A program made the translations under genes and the position numbers. DNA of 64,000 nucleotides, taken from NCBI RefSeq assembly GCF_001447785.1, contig NW_015171506.1, forward strand, positions 555,903 to 619,902. The letters run 5' to 3'. Every line of letters begins with the position of its first letter. The first letter of the stretch is position 1. A model generated the notes under the pieces. The model did no database searches, was not told where the DNA came from, and worked only from the letters and a program-made list of their open reading frames with translations. Positions 1 through 12,392 of this stretch are shown piece after piece. The DNA comes from Gekko japonicus (lineage: Eukaryota).

Positions 1-37
1 TGCAGGGGAGGAAAATCCCATCCTTCCACAGTGGACT

Positions 38-420
38 CATCTTTTTCTCTCTTCCCAGTCCCTTCTCCTTTTCTTTCCCTCTCCACTCCATTTTCATCTT
101 TCTTTCCCCATTCCTTTCTCCCCATTCCTGCCTCCCCATGTTTTCCTTTCCCACTTTTACTCCCTTTTCGGTTCATTCTTCACTCTCTCTCTTCCAGCTC
201 CATTCTCTACTTTTCCTTTCTACCTTGTTCTCTACTTTCTCTCTCTTCCCACTATGGTTGGCACTTTCTCTCTCCCCACCAAAGCAGTGACTCACAAAAG
301 CTCACGCCCGTCCACAAATTTTGTTAGTTTTTAAATTGGAACTGGCTTTTTTCTCTTCCCCTCTTGTTACTTTCTCTTCCCCTTCCCTCATACTTGCCAC
401 TTTCTTCCCCCTTTCTCTGG
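38..420 (+). repeat. Polypyrimidine (CT-rich) low-complexity tract
   Basis: Almost exclusively C/T on the plus strand, apart from a short repeat insert. Confidence 0.85.
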
Positions 421-460
421 CTGCTGCTGTTTCTCCCAGGCCTGTGGCCATGCCACAAAT

Positions 461-617
461 TAACATAAGACCATAAGAGATGCCAATGTTGGATCAGGCG
501 AAAGGCCCATCCAGTCCAACACTCTGTATCACACAGTGGCCAGAAATACCAGTGCCATCAGGAGGTCCACCAGTGGGGCCAGGACATTAGAAGCCCTCCC
601 ACTGTTGACCCCCCCAG
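461..617 (-). mobile_element. CR1-type 3' end (others at ~12090-12182 on +, and ~14581-14700 plus 15720-15910 on -)
   Basis: aacataaga tandem tail plus tggatcagg..aaaggcccatccagtccaacactctg. Confidence 0.7.
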
Positions 618-881
618 TTTCTACACAGCCCTACAATGCTGACATTTCATGAGATCCCTTGGGGGTGGGGGGTTAATTAAAAATTGCAGAAAAGTCTCCC
701 AAAACTGTACACAGTTCCATTGAGCAGATTTTTTGATCTGCATGCTAGGGCCATTGTTCAGAATTAAATACAAAGATTATGGGTAAATTGATATTGTCTT
801 CATCATTCACTCACTGTCTTTAAAATGGGCCTTGGGAAATTTATACAAATCAATACATAATTCACATAAATATATGTACCA

Positions 882-1221
882 TAGTATTGCCAGGTCTCAC
901 CTCAATCCTGGTGGGGGGGTTCCAGCCTGGCTCCTGGCACAATGATGTCACCTGTAAGTGATGTCATTGTGCTGGGCACATCATTCAGGGGATGCTCTAG
1001 CATTCAGGTAAAAACTCTATGGTCACCAAAGAGTTTTTACCCAAATGCTAGAGTGTCCCCTGCACAATGTGCCCGGTGTGATGATGTCATCTCCAGGTGA
1101 CATCATCGCACTGGGTATGTTGGGTGCACTGAGACTCTTTGGGGATGGGGCTGCCCCCATTGGCCAGCTGGGCTTTGGGGGCCCAAAATTGGGGAGAAAC
1201 CTACCCTATCTGGAAAGCCTA
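882..1221. mobile_element. hAT MITE, TGACATCA subfamily
   Basis: Degenerate TIRs; TSD atgtacca/atgtaaca (7/8). Confidence 0.8.
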
Positions 1222-1514
1222 ATGTAACAACTGATATATACCATGGATGGTGTGGAAAAACAGGGCATGGCTGTCTACATCATACTCCATGTATGGCAAT
1301 TTGTATATTCTTAGGCTGCTTAGTTTAGCTTTTTTTGCTAAGTTTTTTTTTAAAAAAACTTTAAACTTGATAAGCAGGAGGGGGAATTGAGGGAAGATGG
1401 TTACCATCTTGAAACTGTTGTTTTTTTCCTTTTCTGATGCGGGTATTTATAGCCTGGGTGTGGCCAAGGATGGGTGTGAAATGATCTTAAGTTTGTGGAA
1501 TATAGCCTGTGGCT

Positions 1515-1731
1515 TAGGGTTGCCAACTTCCAGGTGGGGCATGGAGATCTCCTGGAATTATAATTGATCTCCAGACTACAGAGCTCAGTTCCCCTGGAGA
1601 AAATAGCTGATTGGAGGGTGAACTCTATGGCATTTTGCCCCACAGAGGTCCCTATCCTCCCTAAACTTCACCCTCCCCAGGATCCACCCCCAAATCTCCA
1701 GAAATTTCCCAACCCAAATTTGGCAACCCTA
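1515..1731. mobile_element. hAT MITE, second subfamily (others at 3721-3924, 14274-14469, ~17911-18110, 49030-49214, 51597-51730)
   Basis: TIRs tagggttgccaa / ttggcaacccta. Flanks ctgtggct/ccatggcc fit a CpG-decayed 8-bp TSD. Shared core tgatctccagactacagag.tcagttcccctggagaaaat. Confidence 0.83.
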
Positions 1732-4700
1732 CCATGGCCTTGGTCAGTCAGATTGACCTAGTAGACATTAGTCTAGGTTGTTTTGTCTATTTTTTATGAC
1801 TTGTTTTTATACCATGTTTGTAAGTTTGTCTAAAGCATTTCCTGTAAATCACTTTGAGTCTCCACTGGGGAGAAAAGTGGGATAAAAATATACTCAATAA
1901 ATGAATAAATAAGTGAGCAGAGCTTCTCTATGCAAGCGGTAGCTGCTACAAATCATTAGCATCAGTTGCTGCTCTGTGCTATCCTATTCTGATTGGGCAT
2001 ATCCCAAACCCTGCCCCCAGGCTCCACCAAAGTTTTATGCTACTATTGGTCCTGATAGGAGCTGCTGTATAAGGACCTGGTCAGGCTTGGAAGATTCATT
2101 TTTCCATTTTATGTCCTCCTTTACCAGCAGGGCATCCATATAAGCTAGGCTGTGAATCCTCTCTCTGGAAACCATTTACTTTATGACCATTTTATATAGG
2201 GCTACTTTCTGGTAAATGGGTTAAGAATGATTAAGAAAACATTGAAAGTAGGCTAAAAATAAAGCCAGACTCTTCAATAGTTTTCGCACCCACTCTACAG
2301 CCACTGAAACCCCCTCTGTCATTCTCTGGATCCTGGTATGACGCAATGACCAAACTGGGCTGTGACGTAGGAGCAGAGCTGAAAAGGAAATGTGGAGAAG
2401 GAACTAATTTCATTTGAGTACCAGTTGCCAAAATAGCATCTAATAAAAAGCCTTCAAACTGTGACAGTTCAATACAAACACCCACAAGGATGCTTTGGCA
2501 AGCTGCTTGACTTGTCACAAATTCTCTCTTGCTTTTTCCTGTGCGAGACCTCGGTATAACTCGCCCACACAGGTATGCAGCTGGGTAGTGACAGCTGAGA
2601 CCTGCAGGTGCCTGGGATTGCCATATCTGAAGTGAGAGAAAGACAACTTGTCTCTGCCTTCAGGCATTTGTACTGTTGTGCTTCCACTGGCAGCTCAAGC
2701 CTCAATAATTACTTAAAGAAAAATAACAATCCTACTGTCATACATTAACTCTTCTTAATGAATAGGCATTTTGTACTAGAAATAGACAAAGTGAGATCAC
2801 CCTCTGGACTTATTACATTGCCTTTATCTTTAACAAACAGTTAAGAGAGTCACAAGGAAACCTCTGATGCGCAGAAGCCAGAAAACAAGATGCTGAACAG
2901 TTCTAACATGAAGGGCTGGGCTCAAATTCAAAGAAATGATGATCGCACTGTGACAAAATCAGCACCATTCTACTGAGTGGGGCTGGGGTAACTACCATTT
3001 ACACCAGAGACTCTGAGATAAAGATCTATCCAAAATTTACAGTATTTGAAAACGGACAATCAAAGTGTTATCTTGATGCCAAAACAAAACCATGTAGTAT
3101 AATTTAGACTTCTGAGAAGGTGAGGTAGATCAAGAAGGTGAGGAGAATTGCTCATGTATGCATTGGGTTCTCCATTTCAGGCAAACAATAAAGGTAGTAG
3201 GCAAGGTAGTAGCAAAAGAAGAGATTTCTCTGGTGCTTTCTTGACAGGCAATGAATAACTTCATACAGGTCAAAAGAAGGACAAGAAGGAAAACTGGATT
3301 TTCATTTATGTGTGTTGGTGCTATTGTTGTATTCTGTCAATTTTCTTATTATTTGGTGACAAGGTTTTAATTCAAAAGAAAAGACTACAGGGTTATGACG
3401 TCTTCATAGTATTAAAGGAAGTTGACATTTTGTCTAATATATGCACATGATTTAATTACATTTATTTCATATTTAAATAGATTTACTTGTCAATAAGAAA
3501 TCTCTATTGTATTTGAAGGAATTACATGTTAGATGTGGTTCCATAATTGTTTTTCCAGATGGCTTTCTTTTATATGCAAAACAGCTGCTGAATGGTTTCA
3601 AATACAGTAGAGTACCAGGAAAGGACTGTTTAACACTTTTCTTGCTGGATGCTTGTCAGCTAAAAATGGTCCCCACAACTGCTCTTCCAGGAGTAGAAGA
3701 AAAGATTAAGGGTCCTCATGTAGGGATGCCAGCCTCCGAGGTGGGACTTGGGGATCCCCCAGAATTACAGTTTATCTCCAGACTATAGAGATCAATTCCT
3801 TGGGAGAAAATGGATGCTTTGGAGGGTAGGCTCTACGGCATTGGACCCCACTGAGGCTCCTGCCCTCCTCAGGCTTCATCCCCAAAATCTCCAAGAATCT
3901 CCCAACCTGAATCCGGCAACCCTATCCCCATATCTGTCCTTATTTGGGGAGAAAAGCAGCTGAGCCACAGGTGGTAGGGGAGAAATGATACTGTACTTTC
4001 GCTGTAAAGTGTTTTGTGCTGAAGACTCCTTCTCCAATTTCTTTGACTTTTTTTGAATATTGTGATAGACTATATAAACCAGTGGCTGAATGGAAGCTGA
4101 TAGTATAAAGGGGAATTAATTCAAATATGCATCGTATTGTTTTAAGGTTTAATCAGCTTTGAATGCTTTGTATTTAATTGGCATAATAAATATGTTAGAT
4201 GCACTGGGAAGAAGTAGAAATTTTAATAATTTTCTGCACATTATACATACTATATATATATATATATACACACACATACATATACACACATCAATGTACA
4301 TTATTGTATTTATTATGGATATGTCTGAACAATTTCACTTTGTATAGTACAGTCTTGGCCAGTGATCTGTTTCATACTGGCACTACCACTGAAATTAGAA
4401 TAGCACTTGAATTATTCCATTGCTAAGGTATAATAAATCAAGAGGATTTGATTATCTTGTCTTTATTGATACAAAAGGTAACATTATTTGTTTCAAAGAC
4501 TAGAACAGAAATAAAATCTCCTGCTAACACTGAGGCTTTGCTATATATCCCTGTTTGTGGTGTCTGCACAGCATTTCAGCATGGAGGAAATAAGTGTTTT
4601 ACTTTCCCGATAAAGAATACGAAGTATAAACGAAAATTGCCTCTGTGAGTAAGAGACAAGAGTGGAGGATTTGTAAACTGCATATCTTTCCCCAATTTTC

Positions 4701-6091
4701 TTAACACTTCTTAAAGACTGAATACTGCCAAGTTCCTGTTGAGCTAATTGAAAGTCATTAAAATAGCTTTCACCACTACACTTGGGAAGTGGAAATTTGG
4801 GATAGTGCCTCAAGGATGAAGAAGGAATAAAAGAAGAAAACTGCTAAGATGCTTAATATACGTTTATTGAATAAGGAAGTTTGCAAAGCAATAATATAAA
4901 CTCAGACTGTACAGCATGAAGTTTATAAGAAACAGCTTGAAGATGAATAGTCAGTATTGAGTCTAATTAAGACTCCATCTTCTTCTGAGTAAAACATTCC
5001 AGCAGAGTTTGAAGATCCAAGTTTTGGGATGGAAAACTCACGTAATCCAAATGTCATTCATCCAGATGACTTGGGAAATATATTTGCTGGAGAACAGTCT
5101 CAGACCAATGTTAGATCAAGTAAAGGGTAAAGATTATAATTATAGCATCTACTAGCAGAAGGAATTCTGTATTTAAAAGTACAAGGGAGAGAGAGGAGAG
5201 AGAGAATGGTATCTTGCTCTCAAACAAAAAGAGCGCTAGAGGGAGATAAGTGACGAGATTAATATTCCTTAGATAGAACCCTGGCCAGAGAGTGATTTTA
5301 CTGGCAGATGACACAAGATTGCTAAACTTGTGAAAATTGCATTAATAGGAAAGTGAAAGTGGAAATGTCTGCTGAACATGTAAACACGCAATATTCTTTC
5401 CCCTTGAAAGAATATGGATTGATGTTCTAACCCTGATTTTTCAAGTACTAATAACATTTTAGTGGTCACTAATCATCTGATAAAATATGTACAAGTTACT
5501 CAACAAAAGACTACAATCCAAAGACAGAAGCTGCCACGTTGAAGGAAAACCAAAGGACTAATTTTAAGCCTAAATTAATGATTGAATTTAGTAAATTCAC
5601 TGGCATTGAGGGAACACTGTAAACATAATTTAATTGTACTCCTTTGGATATATTTGTTTACTACAGAAGAACATAAAGAAATGAATTGGCTCATGTAAGA
5701 TATTAAATTATCTGTATAAAAAGTGATGACTACTTTGGATTCTTTGTCTTGTCTTACAAACTGGTAAAGGTAAGTCTGCTTAGCTTGTGTTCAGTGTTAT
5801 TAGTTCAGGTTATATCATCAAAACAAAGTTCTATATGTAAAACAAAGAATTTGATCAAAGGGGTATGTCCAGATCAGCAAAAAAGTTTACCATAAGCGGT
5901 CCCTCCTGATGTTAGTGTAAGTAGGCCTAAATCTGAAATACTCAAAGAACTTTGAAGAATTTGAATTGATCCGATTAAATCCAAAAATATGTTTTTGACT
6001 TCATAATGATCAGTATCAGTTCATATTGTCTCACTGTAATTACCTATTTACTTTTGAGAGTGTGCAAACTGACCTTGATATGAAGTTGGCC

Positions 6092-6481
6092 TAGGGTTGG
6101 CAAGTCCAATGTCTTCACTGGTGGGGGTGGGAGGGAGGGAACTTTCTAGGAGTGGGGCAGAGTGACATGACACATTGACATCATTTGGAAGTGATGTCAT
6201 CGTATCGGGGAAGTTGTGCAACAATGCTTTCATTTTGGGGGAAAATTCTATGGTAAAATTGGCTTAAAATCATAGAGTTTTGCCCCCAAACCAGAGTGTT
6301 GCCATACGACATCCCTGACATGATGACATCACTTCCACTGGACATCAGCATATCAGGGACATTGCATGGTGATGTCACTGTTTGGGGGCAGGATTTCCTT
6401 CACCGGCCAGCTGGCCGGTAGCAAGCAGAAGACCCAAAAACTGGAGGATCCCCCACTCAGAAATGGGGAATGGCAACTCTA
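6092..6481. mobile_element. hAT non-autonomous element (TAGGGTTGCCA-type TIR, subfamily with TGACATCA palindromes)
   Basis: TIRs tagggttggca / tggcaactcta; perfect 8-bp TSD agttggcc (6084-6091, 6482-6489). Confidence 0.88.
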
Positions 6482-6881
6482 AGTTGGCCCAATTAGAGTT
6501 CTATAAAGGCACATGCCTCTTTAGATTTTCCTTGTTCTGTTTTGGAAAAATTTCAAACCAACCAGGTCCCACTTGGTCAGCATCTGTTTGAATGCCTGAG
6601 TTGTAGATTCTGTGCACAAACCAGACAAATTTAAACACAGTCTCATTTCACTCTTAATGACACTTGAACACTTGCTGTGTGCTGAATTTGAACTTTCATT
6701 GAAGGTACAATGTATATTGAATGTGAAGTTTATTGCAAGCCAAACCAAACATAGGAAGAAAAACAAATGAAAATTAAAGGACATTTTTTGACAGTGGAAA
6801 CACTTGATTGCTAAAACTGTTGCTAATCAGAGTTAAGATTAACTGGAGGAAGTAGGAATTGTGGAGGGGGTAGAGGAAGAG

Positions 6882-6930
6882 ATGGGGTCGCGAAGAGTTG
6901 GACTCGACTGTGCGATTGAACAACAACAAA
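6882..6930 (+). mobile_element. Short BovB 3' end fragment
   Basis: atggggtcgcgaagagttggactcgactgtgcgattgaacaacaac matches the 3' terminus at 20178-20224. Confidence 0.8.
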
Positions 6931-9310
6931 GAGGAATACTAGACTGACTACTGAGCTCTGAGGCTAGATGTCCATCTAACTGTTCACCTAACACTGAATC
7001 TCAGAAGTCTAATGTTCTAATGCAATTCTTATAGCACTGATGACAGAGCAAGAAATTGTTAATCTAGCCTTAAATTTGAGTGGTGCAACACAAGAGAGGC
7101 ATTTCCAAACTCCTCCTCCCTGTATTGTATGGGACCCTGCTTGCGGGAAGGGCGGGGTATAAATGTAATGAAAATAAATAAATAAATAAAGTTGGTTGGG
7201 GTGAGAAACTGAGGTTGGGGAATGCATCATTCAAGGTGCAACCCTAATTTAACCATTCCAGGATAAAAAACAGTTAGAAATTATGCTCCAGATTTAGAAG
7301 ATCTTTAGATTGGTGTGATAAATTAGAATCTGAGGAAGCAATTTGCATTGTTTCCCCTTTCTCCATGTAACTGATGCTCAGCTGCCCTCAGCATTAGAGG
7401 ACAATGAGCTCCATGCCAGGCCATGTTTGGGAGGGCTTTCTTCTTTTTGTAAAATGTGCAAACTAATAGTTTTCTGCATATCTGTGGAAGTACACACACA
7501 TCCCTATCTTGTTTGTGGTTTCCCTGTAGATAGATACTCAATGAATCGTCAAGTTCATTATTTGAATGACTTATGGATGCCAGATGAGTCTCAAACTACA
7601 AACAAAACTTCCTTTAAAGTCCAACTCTGGGAATCGCCTTAACATATGTTTATGAAAATTATGTTCAAAGTGCTGTTATTATAGATCAGAGACTGTCAAC
7701 CCTTATCACATTTTTTCTAATTACCACAAAATTATATTGTGATGGGATATTAGGAAAACCCATAATCCCACAGGTTTTAGACAGAACTAGCAGCTGTATG
7801 GACCCATGATTTGGATTGGGGGGGGGGGTGCAAGGAAGAAGGGGTTTTCCCCCTATCCCTGATCAGTTTTACCTATCATTACCTCTGCTGTTATTAGCTT
7901 GGAAGGACAAGACCAGTGCTTCCCCGTTTGCAAGGCTAATGACAGCATGAGGCGTGGGTAGTGGTTTTGATTTGTGAAACCTGATGACAGTGGAAGAATT
8001 AAATCCCCCCCTGCATGGTGCCAATCTGAACTGGGTCCTGCCTTGCTGCTACTTCTATTTAAATGCTGGGTAGCATCAGTCACAGATTCACCACCTTCTA
8101 ATTTTGTTAGACCCTTTTTGGAAGGAGGAACAGTGCAGAAAACAAGGTGTTAGCAAAATCAAGCCATCCAGAAAACATAAATGTGGTCTGGGGCCATAGA
8201 AACCTTTACTAAAAGGTCAGGCTTTGTCTTCAGATCCCCCCCCCCAGTCCATTAGTAAAGCCTGTCCTATTTTGGGATCTCTGCATGAATAAACATATAA
8301 AACAGCAATTCCAAGGAGGTAACTCCAATTCAATTCTGTGTAAAAGCAATGAACATACAGCAAAATAATTGTTGCTAATTCTACTTGGAAAACATGTTAA
8401 AAAGTTACTTAATGTAGGTGCCAGACAAAGACTAGAAACCCCAAGTCTTGGGGGAATAAAATTGTAAACAGTGAAAAACCAAGGATTTCAGTGAAGTGCT
8501 CTAATCAGCATGAAATTCAAACGCAATGCAAACAAAAGAGTAGTTCTATAAATAGGCTGTAACTTTGCAGAATGTCAAAATAACTTTTTAGAACAAAGTT
8601 CTGTTTAACTTTTGTCCAAATTGGACAGAAGACAACTACTACAAGCCCTTTGTATCTGAGGCTCAGGTAGCCTGTTTTTTTTTTGGGGGGGGGACTGTCA
8701 TTTCACTACATGTTGGCTTTACTGCACAGGATAATTAAAGTACTTTTCCATCCTATCTGTACTATGATTCCAGGCAGGCTCTAAACAAACAAACAATCAA
8801 TGTCTGGGTAGCTAACACCATGCTGCAGCGCAACATGCCAATTATCCAAAGGTTATCTCTCTCCACAGTCATCCCTGCAGCATCCCTTAATAGCTGAGCT
8901 GCCACTGTGCAGAATATCATTAACAATCTGACGGAACACAAGAGGTGCAGGCCTCTTTTCATTGTAAACAGGCAAATGGCATATAATAATTATGAATGCA
9001 AATGAAAATCTCAACAAATCAGTGCAGACATCATGGAGTGCCAGGTTCTAACACATTAATAAAGACAATTACGTCAACATCAGTAGCCACCACAATCTTT
9101 TCCACCGTCCATGGTAAGCTGGAGATATACAGACCAGACAAATTAACAGCTGATAGAACAGTCAGCAGCAGAGTATGTAATTAAATAGCACAATGCAGGA
9201 GCTCACTGTATGTCCTGATGACTTTTATAGTAGGACTAGTTGTCATTGAGCCAAATCCACATTGTCAAAATGGCAGCTCTTCCACTTGGGCAGAGGCCTG
9301 TCTGTGCCAG

Positions 9311-9357
9311 NNNNNNNNNNNNNNNNNNNNNNNNNNNNNNNNNNNNNNNNNNNNNNN
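9311..9357. other. Assembly gap (47 N)
   Basis: N run. Confidence 1.
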
Positions 9358-9533
9358 GTGCTGCCCTCATGCAGTACCATTGGCCTGGGAATGGGTCATT
9401 AAGGCTATAGGGGAACAGAGGCTCTTGCTCAGGTTCTCAAGCTTTCCTTCCAAGCTGTCAGCCTGTGGATGCTTCACTGCCACAGTTCACAGTGGACATC
9501 AGTAGGCTGCTAGTTTCAGGTCAGGGAAGGATT

Positions 9534-11215
9534 GTCCCCCCCCCCCAGTTGGAATAACGAGACAGACAACAGTTTGGAAGTAAACAAGGGCCACTTTATT
9601 AACTATTTAACATAACATTGCTGCAAGGGACCAACTAAGCAAGCACGGAACAGGCAAGGCAGGTGTCACTCCCCTGACCAACCTCCTTTCCTTTTTGACA
9701 GGCGGGTCACCTAGCTCCAGTCTTGAGCCATCAGTCTAGCTCACGACCAGCAGCCCAGCAAAACTGGTTGCCACCTAGGAGCGCCTACCCCTGAAGCTTT
9801 ACAGCCTGCAAAGAGGAGCCTTACCCTAAGAGGTTCCCAGAAGTGATCACCATTCCCCATCCTGGACCCTAAAATCCAAAGGCAGTTCCTGATGACCCCC
9901 TGTTCCCTAACAGAAAAATGTTGTAAGGTGCTCACCGGTTCCGGTTTCTTGCCCACACAAACCTGCCACTGGCAAGGCCAAGCCTCTGCTTTGGCCTTTG
10001 CTCCCAACTACCAGCCCAAGGCTGACCCAATCCCTTGCCGCAAGTCCTGTAAAAATAACCCAATTGCCCTTGTCTGATAGATGCACCCCATCAGCCCTGT
10101 ACAGGTCCTGAAACTCGACCCGTATGTCGGGGTGCAGCAAAAATTGCCCTAAACCACCCTCCATGGCCTTCCTCATCTGGCGGTTGGCCTTACGCCTGGC
10201 ATGGTCGATGCAGCGGGGGTCTACAAAATTAAGCCACACCTGGTGGGACAGAATAGCCGACCAGACTATCCACACACCGGGCCACCTTGCTCCTATCATC
10301 ACAAGGTCTGCCTCGGCTTGTAACACAAGGGCCTTGTCAGCCAGACTATCGGCACACTGGGCCATCTTGCTCTTATCATCACAAGGTCCACCTCAGCTTG
10401 TAACACAAGGGGCCTGCCCTTCATTAGACCTGGTTGTTACCGTCTAAGTGCTACCCATCCTCCCCTTCCTTCGATAACAACCCACTAAGGCCCAGCTGAG
10501 AACCGGTGGGCGTCCTCCTGGCCTGGTGGGTGGCCCTAAAAGACCATGCTGTGGTTGCAGATGGTGACTCTTAGTCTCGCCTTCAACACCTGAAAAAAAC
10601 CCTCATTAATAACATTAAAGTTTGCAATCCCGCTAGTCAAGCGCTAGGCCAGATGCATCCTTGTGTGAGCCTGCAACTAGCTCAGTGATCCACAGCACCC
10701 CATGGCCTACCCATCCTCTCATAAGCTCCCTGGGTGGAAGGGGCAAGAGCTAAACTTATTGCCCTTTTGGCCTCAGCCCGCCAATCTGCCACACCTCCGC
10801 CGGCATGAGGACCAGGAATTGTTTGATTTCCGAAGCCAGCTGGTGGAATCTCTCCATCTGTTTTCAAGAGAGAGCATCAGCAACCCCGTTACTGACCCCT
10901 GGGACATGCCTAGCTTTGAACAAAATATTGTTTTGCAAACAGTGGAGTGTGAAGGCTCTGACCAGGGCTTGGACAACAATGAATTAATCACATGTACTGT
11001 GGACAGAATGTTGCACCAGAAGTGGACAGTATGGTTGGTGAGCTCAGTCGACCAAATCCACATTGCTACGACAATTGAGAAAAATTCCAGGAAGGTGAGG
11101 TCCTTGACACTCAGTGCCTCAAACCATTCCCCAGGCCAGTCCTCAGCACACCAGTGACCCTGGAAATAGACATCAAAGCCGGAGGAGCCTGCAGCATCAG
11201 ATGTAGCTAATTTAA
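9534..11215 (-). mobile_element. Decayed Ngaro/DIRS-type tyrosine-recombinase retrotransposon: RNase H, recombinase remnant, SGNH hydrolase ORF, 3' untranslated repeat region
   Basis: DIRS-type RNase H motifs (SDAAGSSGFDVYFQGHWCAEDWP...LTFLEFFSIVVAMWIW...VHFWCN) lie at ~10960-11205. The recombinase N-terminus ALAPSTQGAY is at ~10715-10750. SGNH-like blocks ICNHSMVF (GxS), degenerate GNN/GGND and LYRADGVHLSDKG lie at ~10060-10580. A minus-strand AATAAA is at 9595-9600. Confidence 0.82.
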
Positions 11216-12392
11216 GGTCAGGGAGGGATTTTTGCTTTTTATAAGAGTCACTGAGACCCACAACTGTTTAGCCTTCATCATTAAACCCATCTCTCTTTTT
11301 TTGTCGATCATTTGAGGATTCTAGATTCACAACTGGCACTTTTACATCAGGCAGACACTAGGCCTTTAGAAGTAATCACCAAAGAGGTGGTGGTATGGGC
11401 TCTTGGTATCCTAAACCAGTCCAACAACTGAAATGGGGTTCAGCTCCTCTACCATGAAATGCCCAAGGCTGTGTGGACTCACATTAGATCTCTTTCCACC
11501 ACCATTTTTGCTCTCAAATTAACCAGCAATTGGACTGGGCAACTTAAAATGAAAGTCCCCACCTTTATACATCAGATCAACAGAAATTGTGGTTAATATT
11601 TCTTCTCCATTCCCAACATGCACGGCTTTGACTGTCTAGAATACATAATTCCAGACTTCAGGGAACCCTTTCCATATGATCTTGCCTGACAAAGAATTCA
11701 TTAATATTTGCAGTGGAACCCGGCAAAAAATGCTGGGGCTTGTTAGGCTTCATAACTGTTATTCATAAATTGCGATTGTTATCAGGGAATACGCCCAGTA
11801 CTCCTAGACTTGTGGTTTTATGTATCAAGAGAAAATCAGTAATTATCCGTTTTCAGGAAAATTTATCTGCTGCTCTTGAGCTTTACCATGTGAATCTTAG
11901 GCTTTTCCAAAACAGCCTGGAAACTACTGCCGTGATTCCAGCATTTTACTAGACCGCAGATTTACTGGGAATCGTCTTAAACAGCATGACTAGAACTGAC
12001 ATAAAATATGTGCTGGCTTGGAGGATGGAAAGGCAGAGTTGATTCCTTCTCTGTCCTCCAGTCAGCCAATCTGACAAATCTGAAGCCGTCTAGTTGCATC
12101 TGGTTGGTTACTGAGAGAAAGAAAATGTTGGACTTGATGAACCATTGGTCTGATCTAGCAGGGCTCTTCTTATGGTCATATGATAAATATCTTTTCAGTT
12201 ATTGTTTCTGTGAACAACAATCGTCAAGCAGGACTCATAAAATCCACAAGCTGAAGAGCCAATGGATGGAAATTGTTAAAACTTTGCATATAAAAACCAA
12301 TTAATGACAATACTTTCTTGTAGCAAAATCACACAGTTGTACACCAACCACTCATCTCTACTACCTGTTGATGTTATATTATTTCTTATACT

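Noticed and set aside
4842-5314. Third solo LTR
   Set aside because: LTR-like composition and a minus-strand AATAAA, but no convincing termini or TSD.
9907-10365. SGNH-like ORF as a domesticated host esterase gene
   Set aside because: Its catalytic-serine block is separated by a stop, frameshifts and an 80-bp duplication, and it sits next to DIRS RNase H. It is a TE pseudogene.
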